62,854 bases of DNA from an uncultured Planctomycetia bacterium (GCA_964412635.1 CAYPPQ010000002.1:1-62854), one strand, 5' to 3'. Shown: positions 28,850 through 39,327, numbered from the stretch's first letter. Notes: a model not told the origin generated them from the sequence alone. A program made the numbers and translations.

Positions 28850-30676
28850 ATGTCGATTCGTCTGCCCCTTGTCAGCACCTTCTTGCTCATCTCCTGGTTG
28901 GTCGCCGCCCCATTACCTGCTCAGCAGGAGGAGGTGGCGAACCCCGAACAGGCCGCTCTCCGTGCGCTGGATACGATCTACCAGGAATACTGGGATGAAC
29001 TTCTCGCCAACGATCCGCTTCTTGCCTCACGACATGGTCGACGGGAGGCGGATTTCCACCTCCCTTCGGTGGGAATCGCAAGGCTTCAACGCGACCTCAA
29101 ACTTCAGTTCACGATGCTCGATCACATCCGCTCGATCGATCTCTCCCTCGTCTCCAGTGAAGCACGTCAGCAGGCCCAGATGCTCGCTCGCATCTTCGAA
29201 ATCGAAATCGAAGGGGTTCGCATCGGATTGCAGTACACGCCCGTCAATCAGCGTCGAGGCCCTCAGGTGTGGCTACCGATGCTCGCCAGCAGGATGTCCT
29301 TCGATACTCCCCGCTCTTACGAGGCCTATCTCTCCCGCCTCCAACAGATTCCTCGAGTACTGGAAGAAACGATGGAGATGCTCCGCAAGGGTGTGGAGAT
29401 GGGGTTCCTGCCCGCCTCGGTGACACTGGATGGTGTCATCGATCAGATCGTCAGCCACACCGACACCGAACCGCATCAAACGCTCTTCTTCGAGCCGTTT
29501 CAGGAGTTCTCCTCGTTGGTTCCTCCTCAGCGCCAGGGACAGTTGAAGAAGGAAGCAATTCGCATCATCGGTGAGGAGATACAACCTGCGTTCAACCGAT
29601 TCAAGGAATACATGGAAGTGGAGTACATTCCACTGGCTCGCCAGACGTTTGCTTGCTTCTACTACCCGACCGGAGATGACTACTACGGACATTGCATCCG
29701 GCGTCACACCACCACTCACCGCACTGCACAGCAAATTCACCAGACGGGGATCCTCGAGGTACAGCGCATCCGTGGTGAGATGGATAAAATCATCGAAGAG
29801 GTTGGATTCGAGGGTGACTTCGCCGCATTCGTGCAGCACCTGAGAACCGATCCCACCTATTACCATGATGATCCCGAGGAACTTCTCAGGGGATACCGGG
29901 ATATCTGCAAGCGTGCCGATGCCATGCTTCCACGCCTCTTCGGCAGATTACCCCGAGCCCCCTACGGTGTCAGGGCAATACCCGCATTCGAGGCTGCCAG
30001 ATCCACCACTGCCTACTATCGTCCACCACCACCGGATGGGAGCCAGCCCGGCTGGTTCTACGCCAACACCCATGATCTAGACAGCCGTCCCATCTACGAG
30101 ATGGAAGCACTTGCACTGCACGAGGCGATGCCGGGCCACCATCTTCAACTCGCCATTCAGAGTGAACTGAAAGGTCTTCCTCGATGGCGAACGACTACCC
30201 ATTTCACGGCATACATCGAGGGTTGGGGGCTTTACTCCGAATCACTCGGCGAGGCGATGGGTTTCTACAAGGATCCCTACTCTCGCTTCGGGAAACTCTC
30301 CTACGAGATGTGGCGGGCCCTTCGACTGGTGGTCGACACCGGAATACATCAGCTCGGGTGGTCAAGAACACAGGCGATCGACCTGATGCTCGAAAACTCT
30401 GCGCTCACTCGCAAGAATGTCGAAGCAGAGGTCGATAGATACATCTCCTGGCCCGGTCAAGCACTCGCCTACAAGATCGGAGAACTGGAGATCCAGGATC
30501 TCGTCAAACAGTCTCGTACTCGTCTCGGAATCGCATTCGATATCCGCCAGTTTCATGATCATCTGCTGGCGGAAGGGTCGATGCCGCTCGATTTACTGCG
30601 CTTGCGTATGGAGGCATGGATCGAAGAACAACTGGCGAAGATTTCCTCCACCGACAAGGCAGATGAGGAGAACTGA
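28850..30676 (+). CDS. Secreted DUF885-family protein (putative metallopeptidase-like)
   Basis: Signal peptide ending AAPLPA; HEAMPGHHLQ, YIEGWGLYSE, RLVVDTGIH, EVDRYISWPGQALAYKIG. Confidence 0.92.
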   Translation: MSIRLPLVSTFLLISWLVAAPLPAQQEEVANPEQAALRALDTIYQEYWDELLANDPLLASRHGRREADFHLPSVGIARLQRDLKLQFTMLDHIRSIDLSLVSSEARQQAQMLARIFEIEIEGVRIGLQYTPVNQRRGPQVWLPMLASRMSFDTPRSYEAYLSRLQQIPRVLEETMEMLRKGVEMGFLPASVTLDGVIDQIVSHTDTEPHQTLFFEPFQEFSSLVPPQRQGQLKKEAIRIIGEEIQPAFNRFKEYMEVEYIPLARQTFACFYYPTGDDYYGHCIRRHTTTHRTAQQIHQTGILEVQRIRGEMDKIIEEVGFEGDFAAFVQHLRTDPTYYHDDPEELLRGYRDICKRADAMLPRLFGRLPRAPYGVRAIPAFEAARSTTAYYRPPPPDGSQPGWFYANTHDLDSRPIYEMEALALHEAMPGHHLQLAIQSELKGLPRWRTTTHFTAYIEGWGLYSESLGEAMGFYKDPYSRFGKLSYEMWRALRLVVDTGIHQLGWSRTQAIDLMLENSALTRKNVEAEVDRYISWPGQALAYKIGELEIQDLVKQSRTRLGIAFDIRQFHDHLLAEGSMPLDLLRLRMEAWIEEQLAKISSTDKADEEN

Positions 30677-31351
30677 TCAGCGCTGAAAGCTGAGACTCTC
30701 CCCGTTGTGTTGCGGCCCGATCGACAGCAGGAAATCAGCCGCCTCACGTGCCCACGACGACGGATCCACCGCCTGCGAAGCCTGTTGTGGTCCGAATGCC
30801 CTCGCCAGCATGGTGGTATCGACGACTCCTGGAGAGAGCGCAACTGCAACGACTCCCTCGGGGAGATCCTGGGATAGAGACCCCACCAACCCCTCCACGG
30901 CAAACTTGGATGCACAGTAGGGTGCAACACCTTCCGATGTCGAACGACCCCAGCCGGATGAGAGGGCCACGAAGACTCCTCCGCCGCTGGCAATCATCGA
31001 TGGTAGAAATGCTCGGGCAGTGTTGGCGACTCCCTTCACATTCACATCGACGACCAGGTCAAACTGGTCCGCTGAGATTTCCCACAGGGGAGCGGGCTCA
31101 TTGAGAACCCCCGCATTGGCGATGACCAGGTCGGGCACCTTGCCAGCCGATTCGAGATCACTGGCCCACTGTCGCATCGCTCGATCATCGGTGACATCGA
31201 GGGTTCGAAAGGAAGGATCGGAACCCAGTTCCTGCACCGCCGAAACACTTCGCGCGCACCCTGCAACGGAGATCCCCATCTCGATGAAGCGAGCGACCAG
31301 TGCCGCGCCGATTCCGCGGCTACATCCGGTGACGACAACTTCCCTCGACAT
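30677..31351 (-). CDS. SDR oxidoreductase
   Basis: TGCSRGIG, ANAG, SSGWGRS, YCASK. Confidence 0.9.
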   Translation of the reverse strand: MSREVVVTGCSRGIGAALVARFIEMGISVAGCARSVSAVQELGSDPSFRTLDVTDDRAMRQWASDLESAGKVPDLVIANAGVLNEPAPLWEISADQFDLVVDVNVKGVANTARAFLPSMIASGGGVFVALSSGWGRSTSEGVAPYCASKFAVEGLVGSLSQDLPEGVVAVALSPGVVDTTMLARAFGPQQASQAVDPSSWAREAADFLLSIGPQHNGESLSFQR

Positions 31352-31358
31352 CTTCCCC

Positions 31359-31985
31359 CTAATGCATCCGCGCTTCGAGTGGGTGCGACTCCAGCATACG
31401 TGCTTCGAGACGGGCCACCTCTTCGATCCTGTCGATCACTGCTGAAGGATTACAAAGGGTCATGGCCAGATCCCGGAACGACTCCCAGTGGCGCCACTCT
31501 GCTTCCGCCAATCGTCGGTAGAACTCCGACAGATCTCCCTCATCCGGTTTCAGCTCCGTCAGGATCTCAGCTAGCAGACGGAATCTTTCACAACTTCTCG
31601 CCTCGACGAAGGCGTTGAGGATCAGTTGATCCCCCACTCCACCGAGACCGCTTCCCTCGGCACAGACGAGAGTTCTCAATTTCTTGACATAGGGGTCGGC
31701 AGTGGGCGATCCAAGCTCCACACCTCTCTGCTCCAGCAGATCTGTCACCTGCCGAAAGTGCAGCATCTCCTCCTGGGCCAGTGCGATCATCGGACGGACG
31801 AGAGAGTGGTGTTCGGGAAATCTCGAGATCATCCCGAGACCTGCGCTGGCGGCCTTGAACTCACACCAGGCATGATCGACCAGCACCTGATCCAGCTTCG
31901 CGATGGCGATCTCTCCCCACTCCGGAGGGGTCTCACATAGCAACGGCAAACCGTCGAGCAGGTCCGTCATCTCATCGTCCTTCAC
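31359..31985 (-). CDS. miaE: tRNA-(ms2io6A37) hydroxylase MiaE (di-iron ferritin-like)
   Basis: DHAWCEFKAAS, EEMLHF, VEARSCERF, EWRHWESF di-iron ligand pattern. Confidence 0.88.
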   Translation of the reverse strand: MKDDEMTDLLDGLPLLCETPPEWGEIAIAKLDQVLVDHAWCEFKAASAGLGMISRFPEHHSLVRPMIALAQEEMLHFRQVTDLLEQRGVELGSPTADPYVKKLRTLVCAEGSGLGGVGDQLILNAFVEARSCERFRLLAEILTELKPDEGDLSEFYRRLAEAEWRHWESFRDLAMTLCNPSAVIDRIEEVARLEARMLESHPLEARMH

Positions 31986-32000
31986 CAGCGATAGGTTGCA

Positions 32001-34847
32001 TCACTTCGTCTCATCCCGAGAAAACCGGTATGCCTGAGGATCCCGCGCCAGCGGTCTAGGCAGTCCTCGTGGCCGGCGAATTCCACCGTGTTGCTCGGGG
32101 CTTGCAGGCCGCGCCATCTTCTTCCAGTTATGGTAGGCCTGCCGTGATCGCTGTGGATTCACCACCACATCGCCATATTGATCCTCTGCCGTTGCTTTCT
32201 TCAAGGTCACCTTCTGATGCCAGCAGTGCATCCCACTGACCGGATCGGTCTGTACCGGGAAGCACAGGTTCTGATGAACACCTGATTCATCCCACCAGGT
32301 TCTTTCCTTGTCGGGATCGCCACCACTCGCCGCGCCTTCGGCCGGGAGTTTTCTCATGCGAACGCTGCCGTCAGGCAAGTCCTCGAATCGAACCGTCGCA
32401 CTACCCCAGTTCTCTCCCGGTGAGTTTTCCAGTTTCCAGCGTCCCATGTGATGAGAGCAGGCAAGAACTCCCTGTCTCATCCCATCGGTCACCCTCGCCC
32501 TGTTGATGAAGTGACCGATCTCCGTCTCGAGTCTGATCAGCGAACCATCTTCAATTCCGTGATGGGTCGCATCGTCAGGATGGATCCACACCGGATTTGC
32601 ATGGGAGATCTCCATCAGATGTTTCGAATTGGCCGACCTCGAGTGGATCATGGTGGGTAATCGGAAGGTCGGGACCAGTACGAAGACCCCTGCAGCGGGG
32701 TCCAGTTGATCGGGTCCGACGTGGCTCTCGGGAGCACCGGGAAGGGCCATATCCTCGAATCCCCACTCCTCCAGCATGCTGGAGTAGACCTCAACGCGAC
32801 GACTGGCGGTGGGAAAGCCCTCCCGGATGGCACCATCCACGGCAATCCCCACCACCTTGCCATCGATGCTCGCCACCGAACTGGTGGAATCGACGGTGAC
32901 ACTCGCGGATGCGGGAATGTCGACGGGGGACTCGTGTTTCGCCAGCGTTGCTTCCGGAAGTTCGAAGGCTCCGATTCGCGACATGTATTCGAAGGGAGAC
33001 ATCCCCTTCTCGGCCGCCGCCTCTGGCAACCCCGGGATGTCATTTTCGAACATGTAACGATACTGCTCTTCTACCGTTACCTTCTCGCCAGGTCGATACG
33101 GCGACTCGAAGTGCTTTCGAATCCCGAGCTGGCCATCGGGGTCGATTCTCCAGGACAGTTCGATCCAGAACTCATCCTCTTCCCAGACATCGCCCGCGTT
33201 GAATCCGCGCGTATCTTCGCTCGGCTTTCCCTGCAGCCTGGCGAGAGCGCGGAAGACCGGCTGTCGGAAGGAGATCCACCTGCCTGAATGGGTTTCCTGA
33301 CTCTGAACATCGTGTCTCTCGGTGGAATGTCCCATCGGCAACACGAGGTCTGCAAAGAGTGCCGTTTCGTTCCAGGTCGGAGTCAAGGCGATGTGAAGTC
33401 CCACCTTCTCTTCATCCTTCAGCATATCCATCCACGACATCCCGTCGGGATAGGTCCAGACCGGATTGAAGACTCGCGTGAAGTAAACCCCGATCTTGCC
33501 GACTCCATCTTCCACCATGTGTGGCAGGAGGTGGCTCATCTCGTAGAAAGACATCGGGTACTGGCGTGGCCAGATCAGTTCATTCCAGCGCTTGCCATGA
33601 TCTGGCATCGAGAAAAAGGAAGGCTTCAACTTGTTCCAGCCCGCAGGAGACGTACCCCCTTCATGTCCGAGGGCACCGGTGAACGCGGTCAGCAACGCCA
33701 TCGATCTGGCGATCTGCCACCCTCCCAGGTTGCCACTGGCAGCACTTCTCCAGATGTGAGTTGCCAGCCTCGGCCCGGCCCTCTCGATCTCTTCCGCCAG
33801 TTTCCTGACACTGCCCTCCTCGATGTTCGCCAGTTGCTCCGCCATCTCCGGAGTGTACTGCTCCAGGTGCTGCGCAAATCTCTGCAGGAAGGTCTCCGCC
33901 GACAGTGGATCCCCTGGATGCAATTGCTGAAGATATCCACGCCAATCGATCCAGTCCTCGACAAACTTCATGTCGATACCACCGTTGACGATCAGCAGGC
34001 GAAGTGCCGCAAGGATCACTGCACCTTCGGTTCCTGGGCGTGTCGGTAACCACAGGTCTGCGCAGGCAGCGGTGTTCGACAGGCGTGGATCGATGCAGAT
34101 GATCCTGGCTCCCCGCTCCTTCGCCTCGATGATCCTCTGGGCATGAGGGTTGAAGTAATGACCCGATTCCAGGTGGGCACTGATCAGCAGGATCAACTGG
34201 GCATTCTCGTGATCGGGTGCGGGCCGATCGAATCCCCAGGTCAGTTGATAACCACAACGGGCCGATGCCGAGCAAACGGTGGTATGGCTATTGTGGCCGT
34301 CGACCCCCCACGCCTGCAGGACCCGCTCCATCGACCCCTCGTGACCGGGCCGACCGACATGGTACATCACCTCATCGTGACGCTGCTCCTGGAGCAGAGC
34401 TCGTATCTTCCCCGCGATGTCATCGAGTGCCTCGTCCCAGGAGATCGCCTCGAACTCACCGCCTCCACGGGTCCCGGTTCTCTTCATCGGCTGCAAGATC
34501 CGCTCCGGATCCTTCACCTGGTTGAGGGTCGCAGGGCCCTTGGCACAGTTGCGACCACGGCTCCCTGGGTGCAGTGGATTTCCCTCGATACGGACGATCT
34601 CCTGCTCTTCCACATCGATGGTTGCAAGCAATCCGCACCCAGCCTCGCAGTTAAAACAGGTGGTCGGGACCATCGCCATCTTGCGTGTCTTGCGACCGGC
34701 ATCCTGTTCTTCCAGATCGAGCCACTTCTCGAAGGGCGGGTACTTTCTCAGTTCTTCTTCATGTGAATCTGCCTCACCGGTGGAACTGCTACCGGGGACC
34801 AGCCCCAGTTTTGCGGCAAGACTCTCGATCCAGCTTTGCTTCGACAT
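32001..34847 (-). CDS. DMSO-reductase-family Mo-bisPGD oxidoreductase catalytic subunit (thiosulfate/polysulfide-reductase-like branch), no Tat signal
   Basis: FS0 motif TTCFNCEAGCG...RNCAKG; candidate Mo-ligand loop HNSHTTVCSAS; RPGTEGA; LPMGHSTER; C-terminal MIHSRS...WIHPDDA molybdopterin-binding domain. Confidence 0.88.
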   Translation of the reverse strand: MSKQSWIESLAAKLGLVPGSSSTGEADSHEEELRKYPPFEKWLDLEEQDAGRKTRKMAMVPTTCFNCEAGCGLLATIDVEEQEIVRIEGNPLHPGSRGRNCAKGPATLNQVKDPERILQPMKRTGTRGGGEFEAISWDEALDDIAGKIRALLQEQRHDEVMYHVGRPGHEGSMERVLQAWGVDGHNSHTTVCSASARCGYQLTWGFDRPAPDHENAQLILLISAHLESGHYFNPHAQRIIEAKERGARIICIDPRLSNTAACADLWLPTRPGTEGAVILAALRLLIVNGGIDMKFVEDWIDWRGYLQQLHPGDPLSAETFLQRFAQHLEQYTPEMAEQLANIEEGSVRKLAEEIERAGPRLATHIWRSAASGNLGGWQIARSMALLTAFTGALGHEGGTSPAGWNKLKPSFFSMPDHGKRWNELIWPRQYPMSFYEMSHLLPHMVEDGVGKIGVYFTRVFNPVWTYPDGMSWMDMLKDEEKVGLHIALTPTWNETALFADLVLPMGHSTERHDVQSQETHSGRWISFRQPVFRALARLQGKPSEDTRGFNAGDVWEEDEFWIELSWRIDPDGQLGIRKHFESPYRPGEKVTVEEQYRYMFENDIPGLPEAAAEKGMSPFEYMSRIGAFELPEATLAKHESPVDIPASASVTVDSTSSVASIDGKVVGIAVDGAIREGFPTASRRVEVYSSMLEEWGFEDMALPGAPESHVGPDQLDPAAGVFVLVPTFRLPTMIHSRSANSKHLMEISHANPVWIHPDDATHHGIEDGSLIRLETEIGHFINRARVTDGMRQGVLACSHHMGRWKLENSPGENWGSATVRFEDLPDGSVRMRKLPAEGAASGGDPDKERTWWDESGVHQNLCFPVQTDPVSGMHCWHQKVTLKKATAEDQYGDVVVNPQRSRQAYHNWKKMARPASPEQHGGIRRPRGLPRPLARDPQAYRFSRDETK

Positions 34848-34859
34848 GGTGGTCGCCCC

Positions 34860-36389
34860 TCAAGCCAGCGGGAGACGCTGCGGCGCCTCGACCCAGAGAT
34901 GTTCCCAGATGGCGATTCCCATCAGGGACAGCAGTGCTGCACAACCGTGGACCCATTCCCCACCGCCGGATAACCACAGCAGCAAGATCGGGAGCACACG
35001 TCCCGCACCGACGGCGCCCAGGTACAACCAAGCACCTCGAACTCCAACCGTCATCGAGTGGGCTGCACGACGCGCCGCCTCGGTGGAGTGCTTTCCGAAC
35101 ACCTCGAGCAGGATGAATGGGAGTTCGATGAGGAGTACCATCGCCAGGAATCCGCGGAGATCTCCCAGTACCGTCGGCTCCACCAGCAACAGCATGGCAG
35201 CGCCCGCCACCAGAGCCTGGAATCCAAGGTGGATGGGAGACAGTGCCGATTGCCACAGATCCCTCCCCTTCGCCTGGCCGAAGAGCCAGCCGGTATAGAT
35301 CGCCACGAAGGTGCCGCCGATTCCCCCGAGCCATAGCAACACCGTTGCCGCCGTCGAGTCGGAACTGGATCCCACCGACAGTGCGCCGATGGTGACCACC
35401 AGACCGTAGAAGCTGATGCCGTATGCCCCCCTCACCAGCCACGACGACCACTGAGGTCTGAGCATCACCCACAGGAATCTCTCGGGACGCTTCAGATCCG
35501 CCACCAGTAATACGCCCGTGAGCGCCAGGAAGATCAGTGCAATGATCCAACCGAGACCGAGGGAGGCATCGATCAACGATCTCCTCTCGAAGGGTGCCAG
35601 CAGTGCCGGAACCATCACCACTCCTGCAGCGATGGATTTCGTCCACAGGTATGCACTCACCTTCCAGCCCCAGCTGACCGCATGTCTCTGCTGGATGTCG
35701 TAGGTGCGGTGTGGAGCACCTCGTTCCAGTGCCGGCTCCATTCCCTCCGGAGGATCGGTCGCATCTCGGGGACGCTCGCCCCACAGGGTACGGACCGAAC
35801 GGTGACTGGAGAGCGGTTCGAGTGCTTCCCGATGCCCTTCGATGTAGTGAACCTTGGGACCGGTCCCCTTCTCCGGTTTTCTGACCATCGTCGGCTGCCT
35901 CGCCACCAGCGTGGCGATGGGACTCTCCGGGTCTGAAAGATCGCCGGTGATGATGGCATTGGCAGGACAGACGACGGCACACGCGGGTTCTCTGCCGGCA
36001 TCGACACGATGCGCGCAGTAATTACACTTGGTAGCGGTTCCCGTTTCAGGGTGGATGTCGATGGCATCGTAGGGACACGCCTGCATGCACGCCTTGCATC
36101 CGATGCAGCGACTCGAATCGAAATCGACGATGCCATCTTCTCGGACCGTCAGTGACGCGGTCGGACACATCTCCACGCATGGTGCGTTTTCGCAGTGATT
36201 ACAGCGCAATACGTGGAACGCCCGCTCGGTTCGGGGATGAACACCCTTCTCCAGATACTGGACCCAGGTCTTGTTGACCCCGACCGGATCGGAGTGCTCC
36301 GTCTTGCACGCCACGGTGCAGGCGTGGCATCCGATGCATCGGCGGTTATCTATCACGAAACCATAGGAGGGCGGATTCAGGGAACTCAT
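34860..36389 (-). CDS. Fused four-cluster ferredoxin (DmsB/NrfC-like) and NrfD/PsrC-type membrane anchor
   Basis: CIGCHACTVAC, CNHCENAPCVEMCP, CIGCKACMQACP, CNYC...PACAVVCP, followed by about 8 TM segments with WGWKVSAYL and LVADLKRPERF. Confidence 0.9.
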   Translation of the reverse strand: MSSLNPPSYGFVIDNRRCIGCHACTVACKTEHSDPVGVNKTWVQYLEKGVHPRTERAFHVLRCNHCENAPCVEMCPTASLTVREDGIVDFDSSRCIGCKACMQACPYDAIDIHPETGTATKCNYCAHRVDAGREPACAVVCPANAIITGDLSDPESPIATLVARQPTMVRKPEKGTGPKVHYIEGHREALEPLSSHRSVRTLWGERPRDATDPPEGMEPALERGAPHRTYDIQQRHAVSWGWKVSAYLWTKSIAAGVVMVPALLAPFERRSLIDASLGLGWIIALIFLALTGVLLVADLKRPERFLWVMLRPQWSSWLVRGAYGISFYGLVVTIGALSVGSSSDSTAATVLLWLGGIGGTFVAIYTGWLFGQAKGRDLWQSALSPIHLGFQALVAGAAMLLLVEPTVLGDLRGFLAMVLLIELPFILLEVFGKHSTEAARRAAHSMTVGVRGAWLYLGAVGAGRVLPILLLWLSGGGEWVHGCAALLSLMGIAIWEHLWVEAPQRLPLA

Positions 36390-36564
36390 GCCCAGAATCT
36401 ACCTCCCAAGGGGGTCCCAGGCCACGATGCTCCACGGGTTGACGCAGACTTCCTGAGACCGCACCTTTGGAACTGCTGTCAGGATGCGATCTGCGGAGCG
36501 TATCGTTCGACGGGAGATCCGCAACTTTTGCGGAGTTTTCAACGATTCAGGGGGGCTGAAGAGC

Positions 36565-39327
36565 GTGAAGCGGCGATTTCTAGGGGACGGACCCTTTCTC
36601 AGCGATGCGGCACAACTGCTCCTCTCCGGAGTAGAGCAGGGCGGCGACGGCCCCCTCGATCTGCGTGGACTGCTGGTGATCCTGCCGGGACGGGAGGCAG
36701 GGCGCCACCTCCGGCGCCTGCTGGTCGATGCGGCAGCGAAACGTGGCTACGGTCTACTCCCTCCTCGCATCGCCACCCATGGACGTCTGGAGGAGATCTG
36801 CGGCGCCTCACGGTACCCGCTCGCCTCCGGTCTGGAGGATCGAATCGCCTGGGTCCAGTCGATTCGTGAGTGTCCCGCCGATCTGCTGCCACTGCTGGGA
36901 CTCGATCCAGACAACCTCCCCACCTCGGCACTACTCCCCCTCGCCCAGCTGCTGGCTCATCTCAGCTACGAGCTGAGAAGAGACGGTGTGACGCTGGGCC
37001 AGGCCGCAGAACTGGCTGCCCCCCACGATCCGGCGGCAGCACTGAGACTGCGAGCGGTGGAGCGGATCGAGGCGTTGCGATCGGCACGATTGCAGGGCCA
37101 CGGCCTCACCGCAGCGGGAGCATTCGACTCCGATGGCTGCGACCTCGACCTGAAGGTGGTTCTCATCGGCATCCTGGAGGTCCCCTCCCGCATGAGGCAG
37201 TGGCTCCAGAAACTCGATTCCGTGGAGGTGTGGATCGACAATCGGGAACAGTATTCGGAGAGATATGATGACTTCGGATGTCCCATCCCGGAGCAGTGGG
37301 AGGCGCTTCCCTGTCCCGCCCCCGCAGACCTGCTGGTCGCCGATGAACCGCGCGCACTGGCCGCCACCTTGTTGCAGGAGATCGACCACAACTGCCCCGA
37401 CGGGGATCCCGATGGAGTCACCATCGGCCTCGTACACCAGGAAATGTTGCCGTGGTTACAGGAGAGTTTTCGCCATTGTGGGGTACCCCTTCACATCGCC
37501 GGAGGGACTCGTCACGCCTCGACCTCCTGCGGCAGGTTGCTCGTCGACCTGACAACCGCGGTGGAGTCGGGCTCCAGCCACAGCGTCGCAGCGATGGCAC
37601 GCCATCCAGCGATCCTCAGAAACCTCAGTGGAGACACCGATCGCCACGGCAAGGTCATCGATCCCCTCGAAAGCATCGACCGCTGGTCCTCCAGACGACA
37701 ACCGATCTCCGCTGATGATCCACAGGCTCCTGTGGCGGTGAAGACGATCGAGCAAGCACTGCAACCGCTGCGCACGGGCAACGGAAGTTGCACCGATCGC
37801 ATCGATCAACTGGTCGAGTGCCTCGGCCAGCTGGTCGGACTCGATGATTTCAAGCAACCAGCACTACCCCGCTCAGGTCTCGGCGAGTTGATCTCCGCTG
37901 TGGATCAGTTACGGGTCGCCGGCAAGTTCGATTCGCAGCCGATGTCGGGTGCTGATGTCATCGCCATCCTCGCCGACCTCCTCGATGAGACGCGGGTTGC
38001 AGACGGTCACGGTACCGATGGAGTTGCGGTGCTGGGCTGGCTTGAACTTCCTTTCGATCCCGCCGAGGTATTGATCGTGACCGGTCTCTCCGAGGGTCAG
38101 ATTTCCCCTGCCCCGCCTGGTGATTCATTGCTCCCTCACGGGGTTCGTGAAGAGCTGGGTCTGGCGGGACCTCGCCAGCAATATGCCAGGGACACCCACA
38201 TCCTGCATTCGCTGCTGAAGCCACGTCGCAAGACGATCATCGCCCTGTGCGCTCGTGATGGTGAAGGGAACCCGCTTCTCCCCAGTCGCTTGCTTCTCGA
38301 GGGTCCCGATGGACTCGACAGGCTTGCTCGATTCCTCGATCAGGATCAGCGTAGCCGCTTGCACCTTCCCGACCGTGGTGCGGTGACGGAGAGCCCTGAG
38401 TCGCTCGGAGTCCCGAAGGTGATCCTCGCCCCCGATCCACCCTCCATCGCCGTGACCGCCTTTTCCGACTACATCGAGGATCCAGCACTGTTCCATCTCA
38501 ACCGCCAGTTGAAGTTGAGGGAGTGCCACGATCGAGATCTGCAGTTGAATCGCCTCGAGTTCGGCAACCTGATCCATCACGTTCTGGAAGAATACGGGAA
38601 GGATCCTGCAGTCCGGGATCTCACCGACGAGGGTGACATCCGGGAAGTCCTTCACGCCCTGCTCGATCGTTACCGAGCGCAGCGAATTGCCACTCCCGCA
38701 CGGGCTGCGGTGGCGGTCCAGCTGGAACTGGCCAGAACTCGCCTCGATGCGTGGGCGACGAGCCAGGCTCAACAGCGAGCACTGGGCTGGCGAATCGTCG
38801 ATGCGGAGGTCGATCTCGACTCCGATCGATGTCGGATCACCGTTCCCGAGGGTGAACTGGGTGTGACCGGCCGCATCGATCGCATCGATTTTCATGAGCA
38901 AGATCGGCTCTGGAGACTGCTCGACTACAAGAGCGGCGACTCCGGGAAGCAACCCGATAAGGAGCACCGCAGGGGAACCAAGAACAACAAGAGATGGGTG
39001 AAATTGCAGTTGCCACTCTATCTCGAGTTCGCCGATCAACTGGGGATTCCTGGTCTCGATGAGAACTCGACGGTAGAGGTCGGCTACTTCCTGCTCCCCG
39101 ACACTGCCGCCCGCACCGGAGTGGAGATGGCTCACTGGACCGAAGACGACCTCGATGATGCCCGATCGCTGGCAAAGGAAGTGGTCTCGGGAATCCTCCA
39201 GGGGGGCGAAGTACAGTTATCGATGTTGAAAACCCCATGGGATCGCGCGCTGGCGGGAGTCACCGTCGAAGAAGCCGCCCGTCTCGATGGGATCAACGAG
39301 CAGCAGGATGAGGAGGATCCGAGATGA
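36565..39327 (+). CDS. addB: AddB-like PD-(D/E)xK nuclease subunit of a recombination helicase-nuclease
   Basis: Inactive helicase-like N-terminus (VILPGREAGRHL, GWLELPF); C-terminal GRIDRIDF...LDYKSG...QLPLY. Likely GTG start 36565; coupled to addA. Confidence 0.82.
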   Translation: MKRRFLGDGPFLSDAAQLLLSGVEQGGDGPLDLRGLLVILPGREAGRHLRRLLVDAAAKRGYGLLPPRIATHGRLEEICGASRYPLASGLEDRIAWVQSIRECPADLLPLLGLDPDNLPTSALLPLAQLLAHLSYELRRDGVTLGQAAELAAPHDPAAALRLRAVERIEALRSARLQGHGLTAAGAFDSDGCDLDLKVVLIGILEVPSRMRQWLQKLDSVEVWIDNREQYSERYDDFGCPIPEQWEALPCPAPADLLVADEPRALAATLLQEIDHNCPDGDPDGVTIGLVHQEMLPWLQESFRHCGVPLHIAGGTRHASTSCGRLLVDLTTAVESGSSHSVAAMARHPAILRNLSGDTDRHGKVIDPLESIDRWSSRRQPISADDPQAPVAVKTIEQALQPLRTGNGSCTDRIDQLVECLGQLVGLDDFKQPALPRSGLGELISAVDQLRVAGKFDSQPMSGADVIAILADLLDETRVADGHGTDGVAVLGWLELPFDPAEVLIVTGLSEGQISPAPPGDSLLPHGVREELGLAGPRQQYARDTHILHSLLKPRRKTIIALCARDGEGNPLLPSRLLLEGPDGLDRLARFLDQDQRSRLHLPDRGAVTESPESLGVPKVILAPDPPSIAVTAFSDYIEDPALFHLNRQLKLRECHDRDLQLNRLEFGNLIHHVLEEYGKDPAVRDLTDEGDIREVLHALLDRYRAQRIATPARAAVAVQLELARTRLDAWATSQAQQRALGWRIVDAEVDLDSDRCRITVPEGELGVTGRIDRIDFHEQDRLWRLLDYKSGDSGKQPDKEHRRGTKNNKRWVKLQLPLYLEFADQLGIPGLDENSTVEVGYFLLPDTAARTGVEMAHWTEDDLDDARSLAKEVVSGILQGGEVQLSMLKTPWDRALAGVTVEEAARLDGINEQQDEEDPR

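Noticed and set aside
36390-36564. Possible Moco riboswitch upstream of the molybdoenzyme operon (hairpin TCCGCAA/TTGCGGA at about 36518-36534)
   Set aside because: I see only one short hairpin and cannot match the Moco motif by eye; an Infernal scan would settle it.
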